DNA from: Patescibacteria group bacterium
GTDB lineage: Bacteria > Patescibacteriota > Patescibacteriia > UBA2591 > UBA4787
Assembly: GCA_028715115.1 (NCBI GenBank)
Contig: JAQUSN010000001.1
Location: 3,314 to 67,313 of the forward strand
Length of the DNA: 64,000 nucleotides
Reading direction: 5' to 3'
In this document: in pieces, positions 9,901-16,956 of the stretch
How the letters are laid out: the number at the start of each line of letters is the position of its first letter
How positions within the stretch are numbered: the first letter of the stretch is position 1
Made by a program: the position numbers and the translations under genes
Notes under the pieces: model-generated
The model's input: the letters and a program-made list of their open reading frames with translations, nothing else
Told to the model about the DNA's origin: nothing
Databases searched by the model: none

Positions 9901-9992
9901 GCGATAATTAAAAATGGACCGTCGCCGTGAATGACCGCCTGTTGTTGCTCTTGGTTTAAATCGCTGGTTATTTCTTCTAAAATCATAAGCAT
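6930..9992 (-). CDS. UvrD/PcrA-family ATP-dependent DNA helicase fused to a C-terminal RecB/Cas4-like PD-(D/E)XK nuclease with a Cys cluster
   Basis: Walker A GAGTGKT. UvrD motifs (LVDEFQDTN, VGDDDQSIY-like, TVHGAKGLEF). C-terminal nuclease motifs (DRVDDLGDGLEIIDYKTG) and CKYCDFKDIC. Confidence 0.85.
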   Translation of the reverse strand: MLMILEEITSDLNQEQQQAVIHGDGPFLIIAGAGTGKTTVITRRIAWLILSGKAKPEEILALTFTDKAAEEMEERIDKLLPYGYVDLWASTFHSFCERILRQHAIEIGLPLNFKIINSAQQALLVRQNFSRFNLNYYRPLGTPFKFIQDLIKHFSRAKDEFITPEEYLNYAEKIALDQDTVTSHKLLDQEAGRLKEIAEAYQTYQQLLLENSALDFGDLINYTIKLFKDRPNVLAKYREQFKYVLVDEFQDTNWSQYELLKLLGAPKNNLTVVADDDQSIYKFRGASYNNVIQFKRDYPKTKEVVLVKNYRSRQEILDMAYRFIQLNNPNRLEAQVSQLDGVGDLPKNVICKKLEATRGNGANIDLLQSATQDEEAKAVVDKIIEMKEKNPEASWNDFAILVRANNQAEIFCQALRWRNVPYQFLAHSGLFSKPIILDILAYLKLLVNYHESTALYRILTSPIFSAQGLPSGQAGRSQPKADEPRVHASGGKITNEDLVNIINAARRKGKSLYQTLKTIHSLQEISKDGASAIDQLLGWIEKHSQMARQQGAGKIVYSFLEDSGYLKSISRQAEKGGLENIENVAWVSQFFKKIEEFELTNTDKSLKNFIETIDIIIEAGDEGSLPTDIIEVGPETVKIMTVHGAKGLEFKTVFLVNLVDRRFPTSERKEGVELPDALTREIIPEGDIHLQEERRLFYVALTRAKDNLFLTLADDYGGARKKKASRFLYELGLIKEEAIGKKTKVLKLPIFKEEEKKVITQFNLPAKISFSQLRAFENCPLQYKFGFILRIPVRGRYVFSFGQTMHLTLQKFLSQVLLQKKVVQSKLFETPKKEEPVVPNQDLIMKIYDECWIDEWYPDDKLREEYRQKGEKSLKKFYQEFSTSKPDVQYVELDFNFKVGDCTIKGKIDRVDDLGDGLEIIDYKTGTVKDGKLSAEDKEQLLIYQLAAAGLFKKEIKKLTYIFLEDNSQLSFLGTEGELDDMKQKIAKIFDEIHHSNFPAKPSMLCKYCDFKDICEYRKI
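8577..8601. repeat. GC-rich inverted repeat GGCCTGCC-N9-GGCAGGCC inside the helicase ORF, within a roughly 100-nt GC-rich in-frame insertion
   Basis: Encodes the low-complexity insert SGQAGRSQPKADEPRVHASGG. Sharp local GC rise at 8520-8625. Confidence 0.5.
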
Positions 9993-10024
9993 ATTCTAGC
10001 AAATTTAATTTAAAAAGCCAACCC

Positions 10025-10053
10025 TTGACAAAAGAGAGAAAATATGATAACAT
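10025..10053 (+). promoter_or_regulatory. sigma70-like promoter TTGACA-17-TAACAT of GC-rich cassette 1
   Basis: TTGACA at 10025-10030, TAACAT at 10048-10053. AAGGAGG at 10086-10092 precedes the GTG start. Confidence 0.4.
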
Positions 10054-10098
10054 ATGGGTACTTAGCACAAAGGGCACTAATGCCCAAGGAGGTTCTAC

Positions 10099-10797
10099 GT
10101 GAAAGTTCGCAATCTCTGGCACCTGACATGGATCGTGCCTGTGACCGTAACGGCTGTGATTGGGCTCGGGACAGCAATCAAGCCCATCACCCACGGCATC
10201 AAGCAGGCGTACGCCAAAATGGGCCGAGTGGCCGGCGATTTCGCCGACAACACAGCCTGTGCAGCTATAAACCAGCTCAATGACGACACGCTCGACGCGA
10301 AGCGGCTGTCCAGGCGGCAACTACTCGACTCCCTCTACTACCTAAGAATGCGGGTCCAGGAACAGGAGTATGAGCTGACAGACCTGTACAACCAGCTCAA
10401 CACCAACCTGTACTACCAGACCGGCATCTTCCGGGTCGAGGCGGCGGAAATACAAAACGTCCAAATCAACGGCCTCTACGAAGAAGCCGATGGCCTGATC
10501 AACAGACTGATCCATACCTGTTACCTCGGTCGAAACGTCATGTCCGACTACCTGACAGCACCCAAGGGCGCCCAGGCAGACACCAAAGTCATGCTTGAGC
10601 ATGCGTTTTACCAGGTCATTCGACCTGCGTCGCGACGCATCATCCAGTACCTGCAGATCAAGCACTACAGGGACGGATGGACCAACAACCTGGGAATCGG
10701 ATGGCCGGAACTGAACGGGGAAGATCTGCGATGCCTTAACTGGGCAGTCGCGGTCAACCTAGACCAGCCAACAACCTGGCTCTACAGCGAACCGTAA
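10099..10797 (+). CDS. hypothetical secreted/membrane-anchored protein encoded in a high-GC island (GTG start)
   Basis: 232 aa. Strong GC3 codon bias (about 55-58% GC against a 38% background). AAGGAGG RBS 6 nt upstream. N-terminal hydrophobic segment. Confidence 0.6.
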   Translation: MKVRNLWHLTWIVPVTVTAVIGLGTAIKPITHGIKQAYAKMGRVAGDFADNTACAAINQLNDDTLDAKRLSRRQLLDSLYYLRMRVQEQEYELTDLYNQLNTNLYYQTGIFRVEAAEIQNVQINGLYEEADGLINRLIHTCYLGRNVMSDYLTAPKGAQADTKVMLEHAFYQVIRPASRRIIQYLQIKHYRDGWTNNLGIGWPELNGEDLRCLNWAVAVNLDQPTTWLYSEP

Positions 10798-10808
10798 CCG
10801 TTCCGAAA

Positions 10809-10850
10809 AAGGCCGGGCCCCGCAAGGAGCCCGGCCTTGACTTTTATCTA
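10809..10850 (+). terminator. intrinsic terminator with a GNRA-capped GC stem (AAGGCCGGGCCCCGCAAGGAGCCCGGCCTT) and a T tract
   Basis: 10-bp GC stem followed by GACTTTTATC. Overlaps the -35 box of the next promoter. Confidence 0.6.
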
Positions 10851-10864
10851 AAATATGCTATTAT
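10837..10864 (+). promoter_or_regulatory. sigma70-like promoter TTGACT-16-TATTAT, near-identical to the promoter at 32551
   Basis: ttgacttttatctaaaatatgctattat versus ttgacttttaaccaaaatatgctataat at 32551-32578. Confidence 0.45.
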
Positions 10865-10941
10865 ATAAAAGCAATCGTAGAAATACGAAGGCAAGAACGT
10901 CGCTGGACACAAGTCTAGCGGCACAAACTAAGGAGACAAGA

Positions 10942-11397
10942 ATGAAGACGCTTATTCCCTTAACGATAGTTATCCTGCTGCTCGGCTTCGGGGGCTGCAC
11001 CAAAACTGGCGCAATTCCCGAGGACAATCTGGTAGCAACCAGCATAACGGCCCCGCACGATTCCCTGGATGAACTCTCAACATCAGCGAAACAGCTGATA
11101 CGGGACGTCAAGGACGCCATAACAGACAATGACAACCCGCGCGACTTCTGGTTCTGGACGATCGGCAGGTCGTTGGCCAAGATGGCTGTGGCACTGCAAC
11201 GTGCCCCGACCGAACGACAGACGTTCTATCTGCCTATCCTGAAGAAGGAACTCGAAGTCTACAACCAGAAGTTCTGCCCTTGTGCCCGTTCCTACCGAGA
11301 AGACCAGGCAGTCCTGACCTGGGTAAAGCAATTCCAGGCGGAAGACTCGACTACCTGGACACCACCCGAAGTGCTCCTGCGCGGAGCACTCGAATAA
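10942..11397 (+). CDS. hypothetical lipoprotein (high-GC island)
   Basis: 151 aa. MKTLIPLTIVILLLGFGGC is a lipobox-like signal. AAGGAG RBS at 10930-10935. A 5' UTR hairpin CGCTGGAC-ACAA-GTCTAGCG precedes it. Confidence 0.6.
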   Translation: MKTLIPLTIVILLLGFGGCTKTGAIPEDNLVATSITAPHDSLDELSTSAKQLIRDVKDAITDNDNPRDFWFWTIGRSLAKMAVALQRAPTERQTFYLPILKKELEVYNQKFCPCARSYREDQAVLTWVKQFQAEDSTTWTPPEVLLRGALE

Positions 11398-11410
11398 CCT
11401 CCGCTGGAAC

Positions 11411-11450
11411 CAAAACCGGCCGCCTTCGGGCAGCCGGTTTTCCTTTTGCG
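11411..11450 (+). terminator. intrinsic terminator AAAACCGGCCGCC-TTCG-GGCAGCCGGTTTT plus CCTTTTG
   Basis: GC stem with a UUCG-type loop and flanking A/T tracts. Confidence 0.6.
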
Positions 11451-11460
11451 CAACAATCTA

Positions 11461-12330
11461 TTAAATACCAAATAATTTTTCGCTGTTTTCCATCGTCGCC
11501 TGTTCTACTTCTTCAAAAGAAGTATTTTTTATTTGCGCGATTTTTTCGATAATATATCTGACATGCCAAGGTTCACAACGCTGGCGCCGCACTGGCTGTG
11601 GCGATAAATACGGACAATCGGTTTCAACCAAAATTCTATCCAAGGGTGTTTTTGCCACCACCTCAAGTAAATTGTTCATAGCGACCCTCCTTCGTTCGTC
11701 TGACGAACGACGGGTTCTCGATTTTTCATCTTTGCTTTCAGCAAAGGAAAAATCGGAAGGATATGTAATGATTCCGGTAAAACCAAGATAAAATCCGCAG
11801 CTTAAAAATTTATGCGCGGTTTGCCAATCAGCTGAAAAGCAGTGCAATTCGCCTCGCGGCGCATAACCAAAATTATCTATTATTAACAATAGATCTTCAT
11901 AAGCCTGAAGCGGTCTATCTTTACCGCCCCGACAATGTAAAATAACCGGTAAATCAACCTCTTTGGCTAACTCTAAATGTCTTAAAAAAACTTCTTTCTG
12001 CCTATCATAATTCATAATTCCTGATTCATTATTCTGATGTTGATCCAAGCCTGTTTCGCCAATGGCTTTAATAAAATCATAATTATTTTTTACCAATTGG
12101 CAATATTGTTTTAAATCAAAACTCTCGTCTTTGACATGAATCGGATGAAGGCCAACGGCTGCAAAAACTCCGTCAAATTGCCGAGCAATCTGAATGGCCT
12201 TTTGACTAGTTAAGAAATTTGAACCGATATTAATAATTTTAGCCACGCCTTTGGCTTGGCTATTTTTTATTACCTCGGCATAATCGTCTTTGAACGCCTG
12301 AAAATTTAGATGGCTATGAACGTCGAACAT
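11461..12330 (-). CDS. TatD-family metal-dependent hydrolase (DNase) with an internal roughly 33-aa insertion
   Basis: MFDVHSHLNF, GLHP and ETD motifs. Insert TYPSDFSFAESKDEKSRTRRSSDERRRVAMNNL is encoded by DNA containing the hairpins CGTTCGTCTGACGAACG and TTTGCTTTCAGCAAA. Confidence 0.8.
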   Translation of the reverse strand: MFDVHSHLNFQAFKDDYAEVIKNSQAKGVAKIINIGSNFLTSQKAIQIARQFDGVFAAVGLHPIHVKDESFDLKQYCQLVKNNYDFIKAIGETGLDQHQNNESGIMNYDRQKEVFLRHLELAKEVDLPVILHCRGGKDRPLQAYEDLLLIIDNFGYAPRGELHCFSADWQTAHKFLSCGFYLGFTGIITYPSDFSFAESKDEKSRTRRSSDERRRVAMNNLLEVVAKTPLDRILVETDCPYLSPQPVRRQRCEPWHVRYIIEKIAQIKNTSFEEVEQATMENSEKLFGI

Positions 12331-12363
12331 GAAAAATAAAATATGAGAGATAAAAACTCGGTC

Positions 12364-13146
12364 TTATCTTTTTAATAAATATTTTAGCCAACTGGACGCG
12401 TGAATCCAGGTTATTTTTTTAAATAGGCCCAGCGGTTCAGCTGATAAACGCTGGTGATAATGATAAAACGGCGCTTCGGCTACGTACCAAACCTGCCAAT
12501 TATTTTTTTTCACCCGGCGGCATAATTCCACGTCCTCAAAATAAAGAAAGAATCTTTCATCCAGCCCGCCAATTTGCTCAACCGCCAACCGGTTTAACAT
12601 CATAGCTCCGCCCAAAACCCAATCAACTTCCCTATTTTCTTGATGATCCCAGTCTTTCATTAAATAATAATCAATTTGTTTTTTACCCCAGCCAAATCGG
12701 CCCAAAAAAGTACGCCGCAAAATTGGCATATACCACTTAGGAAAACGATAGGCCGAAAACTGAAGGGTTTTATCCGGATTTAAAAGTTTTGGCGCAGCAA
12801 TAGCGCAACGACCATGGCTCTTTATAAATTGATGCAGTTTTTCAACCGACCCGGGCAAAATAATAATATCTGGATTTAAAACTAAAACATATTGGCCAAT
12901 AGATTGTTTAAGACCTTGATTTACGGCCTTAGCAAAACCAAGATTAACAGCATTTAAAATTATTTGCGGTTTAATAGCGGGCTCGTTTTTAATGTCACTT
13001 AATAAGTCCCTCGTGCCGTCGGAAGAATTATTGTCGACAACAATCAATTCAAAATTTAATTTTATCTGTGCATTAATAATGTTCTGCCAGCATTGTTTGA
13101 GCAGATTTTTTTGATTGTAATTAACAATGATAATCGACAGGTCCAT
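12364..13146 (-). CDS. family 2 glycosyltransferase
   Basis: LSIIIVNYNQ...VVDNNSSDGT GT-A fold motifs. Confidence 0.8.
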   Translation of the reverse strand: MDLSIIIVNYNQKNLLKQCWQNIINAQIKLNFELIVVDNNSSDGTRDLLSDIKNEPAIKPQIILNAVNLGFAKAVNQGLKQSIGQYVLVLNPDIIILPGSVEKLHQFIKSHGRCAIAAPKLLNPDKTLQFSAYRFPKWYMPILRRTFLGRFGWGKKQIDYYLMKDWDHQENREVDWVLGGAMMLNRLAVEQIGGLDERFFLYFEDVELCRRVKKNNWQVWYVAEAPFYHYHQRLSAEPLGLFKKITWIHASSWLKYLLKR

Positions 13147-13147
13147 T

Positions 13148-14254
13148 TTAATTAATATATTTTCTTATTTTATCGCTCTTGATTTTAGCCCGAGAAAAAA
13201 TCTGCGCGCGTTTTTTAAACATTAAAATCTGCTTAGCATAAAATGATTTTTCGGCTTTTAATAAAACCCCTGGTTGAGTAAATAATAAATATAAAATTTT
13301 GATTGATTGGTAAAAGAAAATATGAAAAATATCTTTTAAAAAATTGGCGATGGGCTCATTTTTAATAAGCAACCACAAATGATTGCGATAGGATAAAAAA
13401 TTAACCCAGCTCGACTTGTTGAATCTTTTCATTGCCGACACTTGCCGAACATGATATGCTATCGCCTCTGGCACATATAAAGCACCCCAATTGCGCCACT
13501 TTAGTCGCCACGCCAAATCAATGTCTTCTTGGTAAGAATGAAAATCTTCGTCAAAATATTCATTTCTAAAAGCCGACTTGCGTCGCTCTCCCATAGAAAA
13601 ACGTGAAGCACTTGGTGCAGACGAATAATGAGAAAAAATTTTTAATTTTATATCATCTAAAGCCTTCCGTCTATACAAGACGCAAGCACCAGAAACGCCA
13701 AAAATATCAAATAATTTATCGTATTGTTTTTTATCGACTTCCCCTTCGCCGCGATCAACTACCCGCCTAGTTCTTCTAATAGCAAGGCCTGTGCTATCTA
13801 AAATATCGGTTTTAGTCACGCACCAGTCGGGGTTGATGGCTGCGCCAGCGCCTTGTTGCTCCTGGTGCTCGCCGTGATCAATATGAGAGAATTTCATCTT
13901 TAATAATTTTGGCGCAAAGCTGCCAATCTTCTTTTGTTTGTCAACTTCATTAATTATTTTTTCTAAAAAATCCGGCTCTAAAATAACGTCCGGATTTAAA
14001 ACCAAAACATATTCGCTATCTGTAGCCAAAATCCCCTGGTTGTGGGCTCTGGCATATCCGCAGTTGCGGGAATTTTTTAAAATTTTAACTTGCGGCCAAT
14101 TCCTAATTAAATAGCCGACCGAATGGTCAGAGGAGGCGTTATCGATAATTAAAATCGAAAAATCCCGAAAGGTTTGGTTAAATATCGACTCCAAACAATC
14201 AGGCAAAAACCTTAAAGAATTCCAAGTGACGATTTGTATTGAAACCTTGACCAT
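13148..14254 (-). CDS. family 2 glycosyltransferase
   Basis: VSIQIVTWNSLRFL...IIDNASSDHS. DxD-like motifs. Confidence 0.8.
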   Translation of the reverse strand: MVKVSIQIVTWNSLRFLPDCLESIFNQTFRDFSILIIDNASSDHSVGYLIRNWPQVKILKNSRNCGYARAHNQGILATDSEYVLVLNPDVILEPDFLEKIINEVDKQKKIGSFAPKLLKMKFSHIDHGEHQEQQGAGAAINPDWCVTKTDILDSTGLAIRRTRRVVDRGEGEVDKKQYDKLFDIFGVSGACVLYRRKALDDIKLKIFSHYSSAPSASRFSMGERRKSAFRNEYFDEDFHSYQEDIDLAWRLKWRNWGALYVPEAIAYHVRQVSAMKRFNKSSWVNFLSYRNHLWLLIKNEPIANFLKDIFHIFFYQSIKILYLLFTQPGVLLKAEKSFYAKQILMFKKRAQIFSRAKIKSDKIRKYIN

Positions 14255-14312
14255 CCTACCTACTAATTACGAATTAAAACTAATTGCGAATAATTTCTAT
14301 CTCCGATCAATA

Positions 14313-15713
14313 TTAAATAAAACTAATCATTAAAACTTGATAAAAAATTCCTAAAGGATGAAATAAAAATGGGCCGGTTAAATTAGCCACCATTAAAGAA
14401 ACAAAACCAACCGCTAAGCCGACGGAAAGATCTCGGGAAAAACGTGAAGCACCTTTAAGATAAGAAAAAATTAATTTGCCCGAAAAAGCCAGATAAACCA
14501 TTAGGCCCAACAAACCAAGCTCCAGCCACATCTCTAACCATCCCCAATCAGGATTCGAAGTTTTCGTGATTAAATTATTAAGCGGATTTAAAAAACTGAC
14601 CATAGAGCCCAGGCCAGGGCCAAAAATTGGATTCTGCTTTATTTGAAACAATAAATTGGGCAGAATTCTCAATCGCGTCAAAGAGCTTAATTCTTCTTCT
14701 GGTTGAGTAATAGTCCCCAAGCGTCCAGACAGAAACGTCAAACCAGCCAGCTTCCCGGTAGTTAGAAAATAAATCAAATTAAATTCTACTACAAAAACCA
14801 ATAAAATCAAGATGAAAGCTATTAACCAACGACGCCAAGATAAATTGAGCTTTAAAAGCATAAGTCCAGCTAAGATGCCTAAAAAATAACCGCGCGAAAA
14901 ATTAATCATTAAACTCAAACTAATGGCCACGGCTAAAATAATAAGATTCTTTCGTTCTCCACGGGAAACATTTCGGCCCAAGACAAGACTTAAAAGAACT
15001 AGAAGCAACGGCAACATCCATAAATGAGCCGGAAAAACAATGCGATAAAATCCGCTTCCCAAGTCAGTCACCTTGCCCACGGCTATTTGCCTCAACCACC
15101 AATAATAATTATCATGAACTTGGCTTAGGCCAGCTGAATAAATAAATAAGTTAGCCAAGGTAAGGATGCTTACGCCGATTACAGCCACGGCCAAAATTCT
15201 CGTCAGCCACGGCCAATAACTTTCTTTTCTAAAAAATTCGCTGAGCGGAAAAACTAACAAGAAAAAACCATAAGCCATGGCGTCTTGAATCACCAAAAGA
15301 GACTCATGGTTATTCCAAAATCCTCGCCCCACAGCCAGTAGAACCATTAGGGCTAAAACTAGCCAATAAACAGAAATAGATTGTTGAAAAAAAAGTATTT
15401 TTTCTTGCTTCACTATCTTTCTTGTTAACCAACCAATCAACAAAATTATCATCAAGGCTGAACGCAAAGAAATGTTTTGCCATTCGAGAAAATGCCCAGC
15501 CTGACCAAATAATAATTCTCCCAAAAATAATAAAATGGCGAAATCAAATCGCCAAATAACCAAACAGATCATTAAAAATACCAGCAACCAAAAGAAAACA
15601 ACCTGAACAATAAGGACATGAAAGCCTAAAAATGAAATTAAATTAAAAGCAAAAAAAATGGCCAAGCACAGCCAAAATCTTCGGTCAAACAAATTAGTAA
15701 CGGCGAGAGACAT
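14313..15713 (-). CDS. polytopic membrane protein, O-antigen ligase/Wzy-like polymerase family
   Basis: 466 aa with more than 10 predicted TM helices. Embedded in a glycosyltransferase cluster. Confidence 0.6.
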   Translation of the reverse strand: MSLAVTNLFDRRFWLCLAIFFAFNLISFLGFHVLIVQVVFFWLLVFLMICLVIWRFDFAILLFLGELLFGQAGHFLEWQNISLRSALMIILLIGWLTRKIVKQEKILFFQQSISVYWLVLALMVLLAVGRGFWNNHESLLVIQDAMAYGFFLLVFPLSEFFRKESYWPWLTRILAVAVIGVSILTLANLFIYSAGLSQVHDNYYWWLRQIAVGKVTDLGSGFYRIVFPAHLWMLPLLLVLLSLVLGRNVSRGERKNLIILAVAISLSLMINFSRGYFLGILAGLMLLKLNLSWRRWLIAFILILLVFVVEFNLIYFLTTGKLAGLTFLSGRLGTITQPEEELSSLTRLRILPNLLFQIKQNPIFGPGLGSMVSFLNPLNNLITKTSNPDWGWLEMWLELGLLGLMVYLAFSGKLIFSYLKGASRFSRDLSVGLAVGFVSLMVANLTGPFLFHPLGIFYQVLMISFI

Positions 15714-16581
15714 AATAATTCTTTAGCCAAGGATAAAACAATTGAACAAAAAACGACATTAATAAGCTTAGTGGCGTTAAGCAGGCTAGAAATATCGCCT
15801 GCCAAAACGGATGGTGCTTACGAAAATAATAAATCAAACTGCGATTATAAATTTTTTGTTTTTTTAAAGGTGAAATTTTGAAAAAACTTTGATGCCCTAA
15901 ATGCTTCACTTTTATTTCCGGATCATAAACAACCTGATAATTTAATTTTTTAGCTCGATAGCACAAATCAACTTCTTCAAACCACAAAAAGAATTTTTCG
16001 TCAAAACCATGCAATTTTTCCATTAACTCCCGCTTGATTAAAAGGCACGCTCCCATCACCTGATCCACGGCTTGTTGTTTTTGATAGTCAAAATCGGACA
16101 AAAAATATTTTTTAAAAACTTTAGTGCGCGGAAAAAGATTGTGTAGTTTCAATAAAATTAAGGCCTGTGAGAAAACGTCGGGAAAACTCCGTACCGAGGC
16201 CTGGGTTTCTTTTTCTTCGTCGATAATCTGTCCGCCCAAAATGCCAGCTGATGAATCTTTTTTAAGATGATCGATAGCAATATCTAATGAATTTAATAAA
16301 ATTTCGGTGTCAGGATTAAGGAAAAGTATTATTTCGCCTTTTGATTTTTTAAACCCCTGATTGCAGGCTCTGGCAAAACCAAGGTTTTGATTATTAAAAA
16401 TAATCTTAAGATTATCGAATTTTTTACTAATACTTTCTAAAAAATCCTGACTGCCATCGCGTGAATTATTATCAATAATAATAACTTCATATGGCATTGA
16501 CGGCTGGTTTTGCCAGATAGAATTCAAGCATCGCTCCAATAGCGATCTGACGTTCCAGTTAACAATGATAATAGACAGCAT
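15694..16581 (-). CDS. family 2 glycosyltransferase
   Basis: MLSIIIVNWNVRSLL...IIIDNNSRDGS. Confidence 0.8.
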   Translation of the reverse strand: MLSIIIVNWNVRSLLERCLNSIWQNQPSMPYEVIIIDNNSRDGSQDFLESISKKFDNLKIIFNNQNLGFARACNQGFKKSKGEIILFLNPDTEILLNSLDIAIDHLKKDSSAGILGGQIIDEEKETQASVRSFPDVFSQALILLKLHNLFPRTKVFKKYFLSDFDYQKQQAVDQVMGACLLIKRELMEKLHGFDEKFFLWFEEVDLCYRAKKLNYQVVYDPEIKVKHLGHQSFFKISPLKKQKIYNRSLIYYFRKHHPFWQAIFLACLTPLSLLMSFFVQLFYPWLKNYYVSRRY

Positions 16582-16620
16582 ATGGTAATATTATTGATAT
16601 ATCTGATATTTTATCATTTC

Positions 16621-16648
16621 TTGACAAAATGTCAAAAAATATTATAAT
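16621..16648 (+). promoter_or_regulatory. consensus sigma70 promoter TTGACA-16-TATAAT of GC-rich cassette 2
   Basis: ttgacaaaatgtcaaaaaatattataat. GGAGGTG RBS at 16668-16674. Confidence 0.5.
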
Positions 16649-16677
16649 TAAATCAAGCAACCTGTTTGGAGGTGTTG

Positions 16678-16914
16678 ATGACTAGAGAGCAAAGTGATTG
16701 GCTCGTAATAGGAATAGGGTTTGTACTTACCTACACGCTCTCCCTGTTCTTGCCCTACACGCCATTCTTCGTCCACGCCATCAAGATGTTCATCGTCAAC
16801 TTACTGTGGTGGGGAGTCGTCATGGGGCTGGCCGCTTCAGAAGGTCGACGCTTCGACGAAGAAACGAAGCAACGAGCCATACGACTGAGCATAACAAACG
16901 CCGGTCGCGCCTAA
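16678..16914 (+). CDS. small two-TM membrane protein (78 aa) encoded by high-GC DNA
   Basis: MTREQSDWLVIGIGFVLTYTLSLFLPYTPFFVHAIKMFIVNLLWWGVVMGLAAS... GC3-rich codons. The ORF track starts earlier at a TTG. Confidence 0.55.
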   Translation: MTREQSDWLVIGIGFVLTYTLSLFLPYTPFFVHAIKMFIVNLLWWGVVMGLAASEGRRFDEETKQRAIRLSITNAGRA

Positions 16915-16935
16915 GCGCGACCGGCTTCTATTTAT
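16892..16935 (+). terminator. intrinsic terminator CCGGTCGCGC-CTAA-GCGCGACCGG plus T-rich tail
   Basis: 10-bp GC stem that contains the stop codon in its loop, followed by CTTCTATTTATATT. Confidence 0.6.
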
Positions 16936-16956
16936 ATTATAAGTTTATTATAAAAA

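Noticed and set aside
9796-11552. Minus-strand ORFs 9796-10320, 10095-10289, 10342-10665, 10848-11180, 11083-11331 and plus ORF 11280-11552 inside or overlapping the GC-rich island
   Set aside because: High-GC DNA gives long open frames on every strand. Only the plus-strand frames 10099-10797 and 10942-11397 show GC3 bias, SD sequences and terminators.
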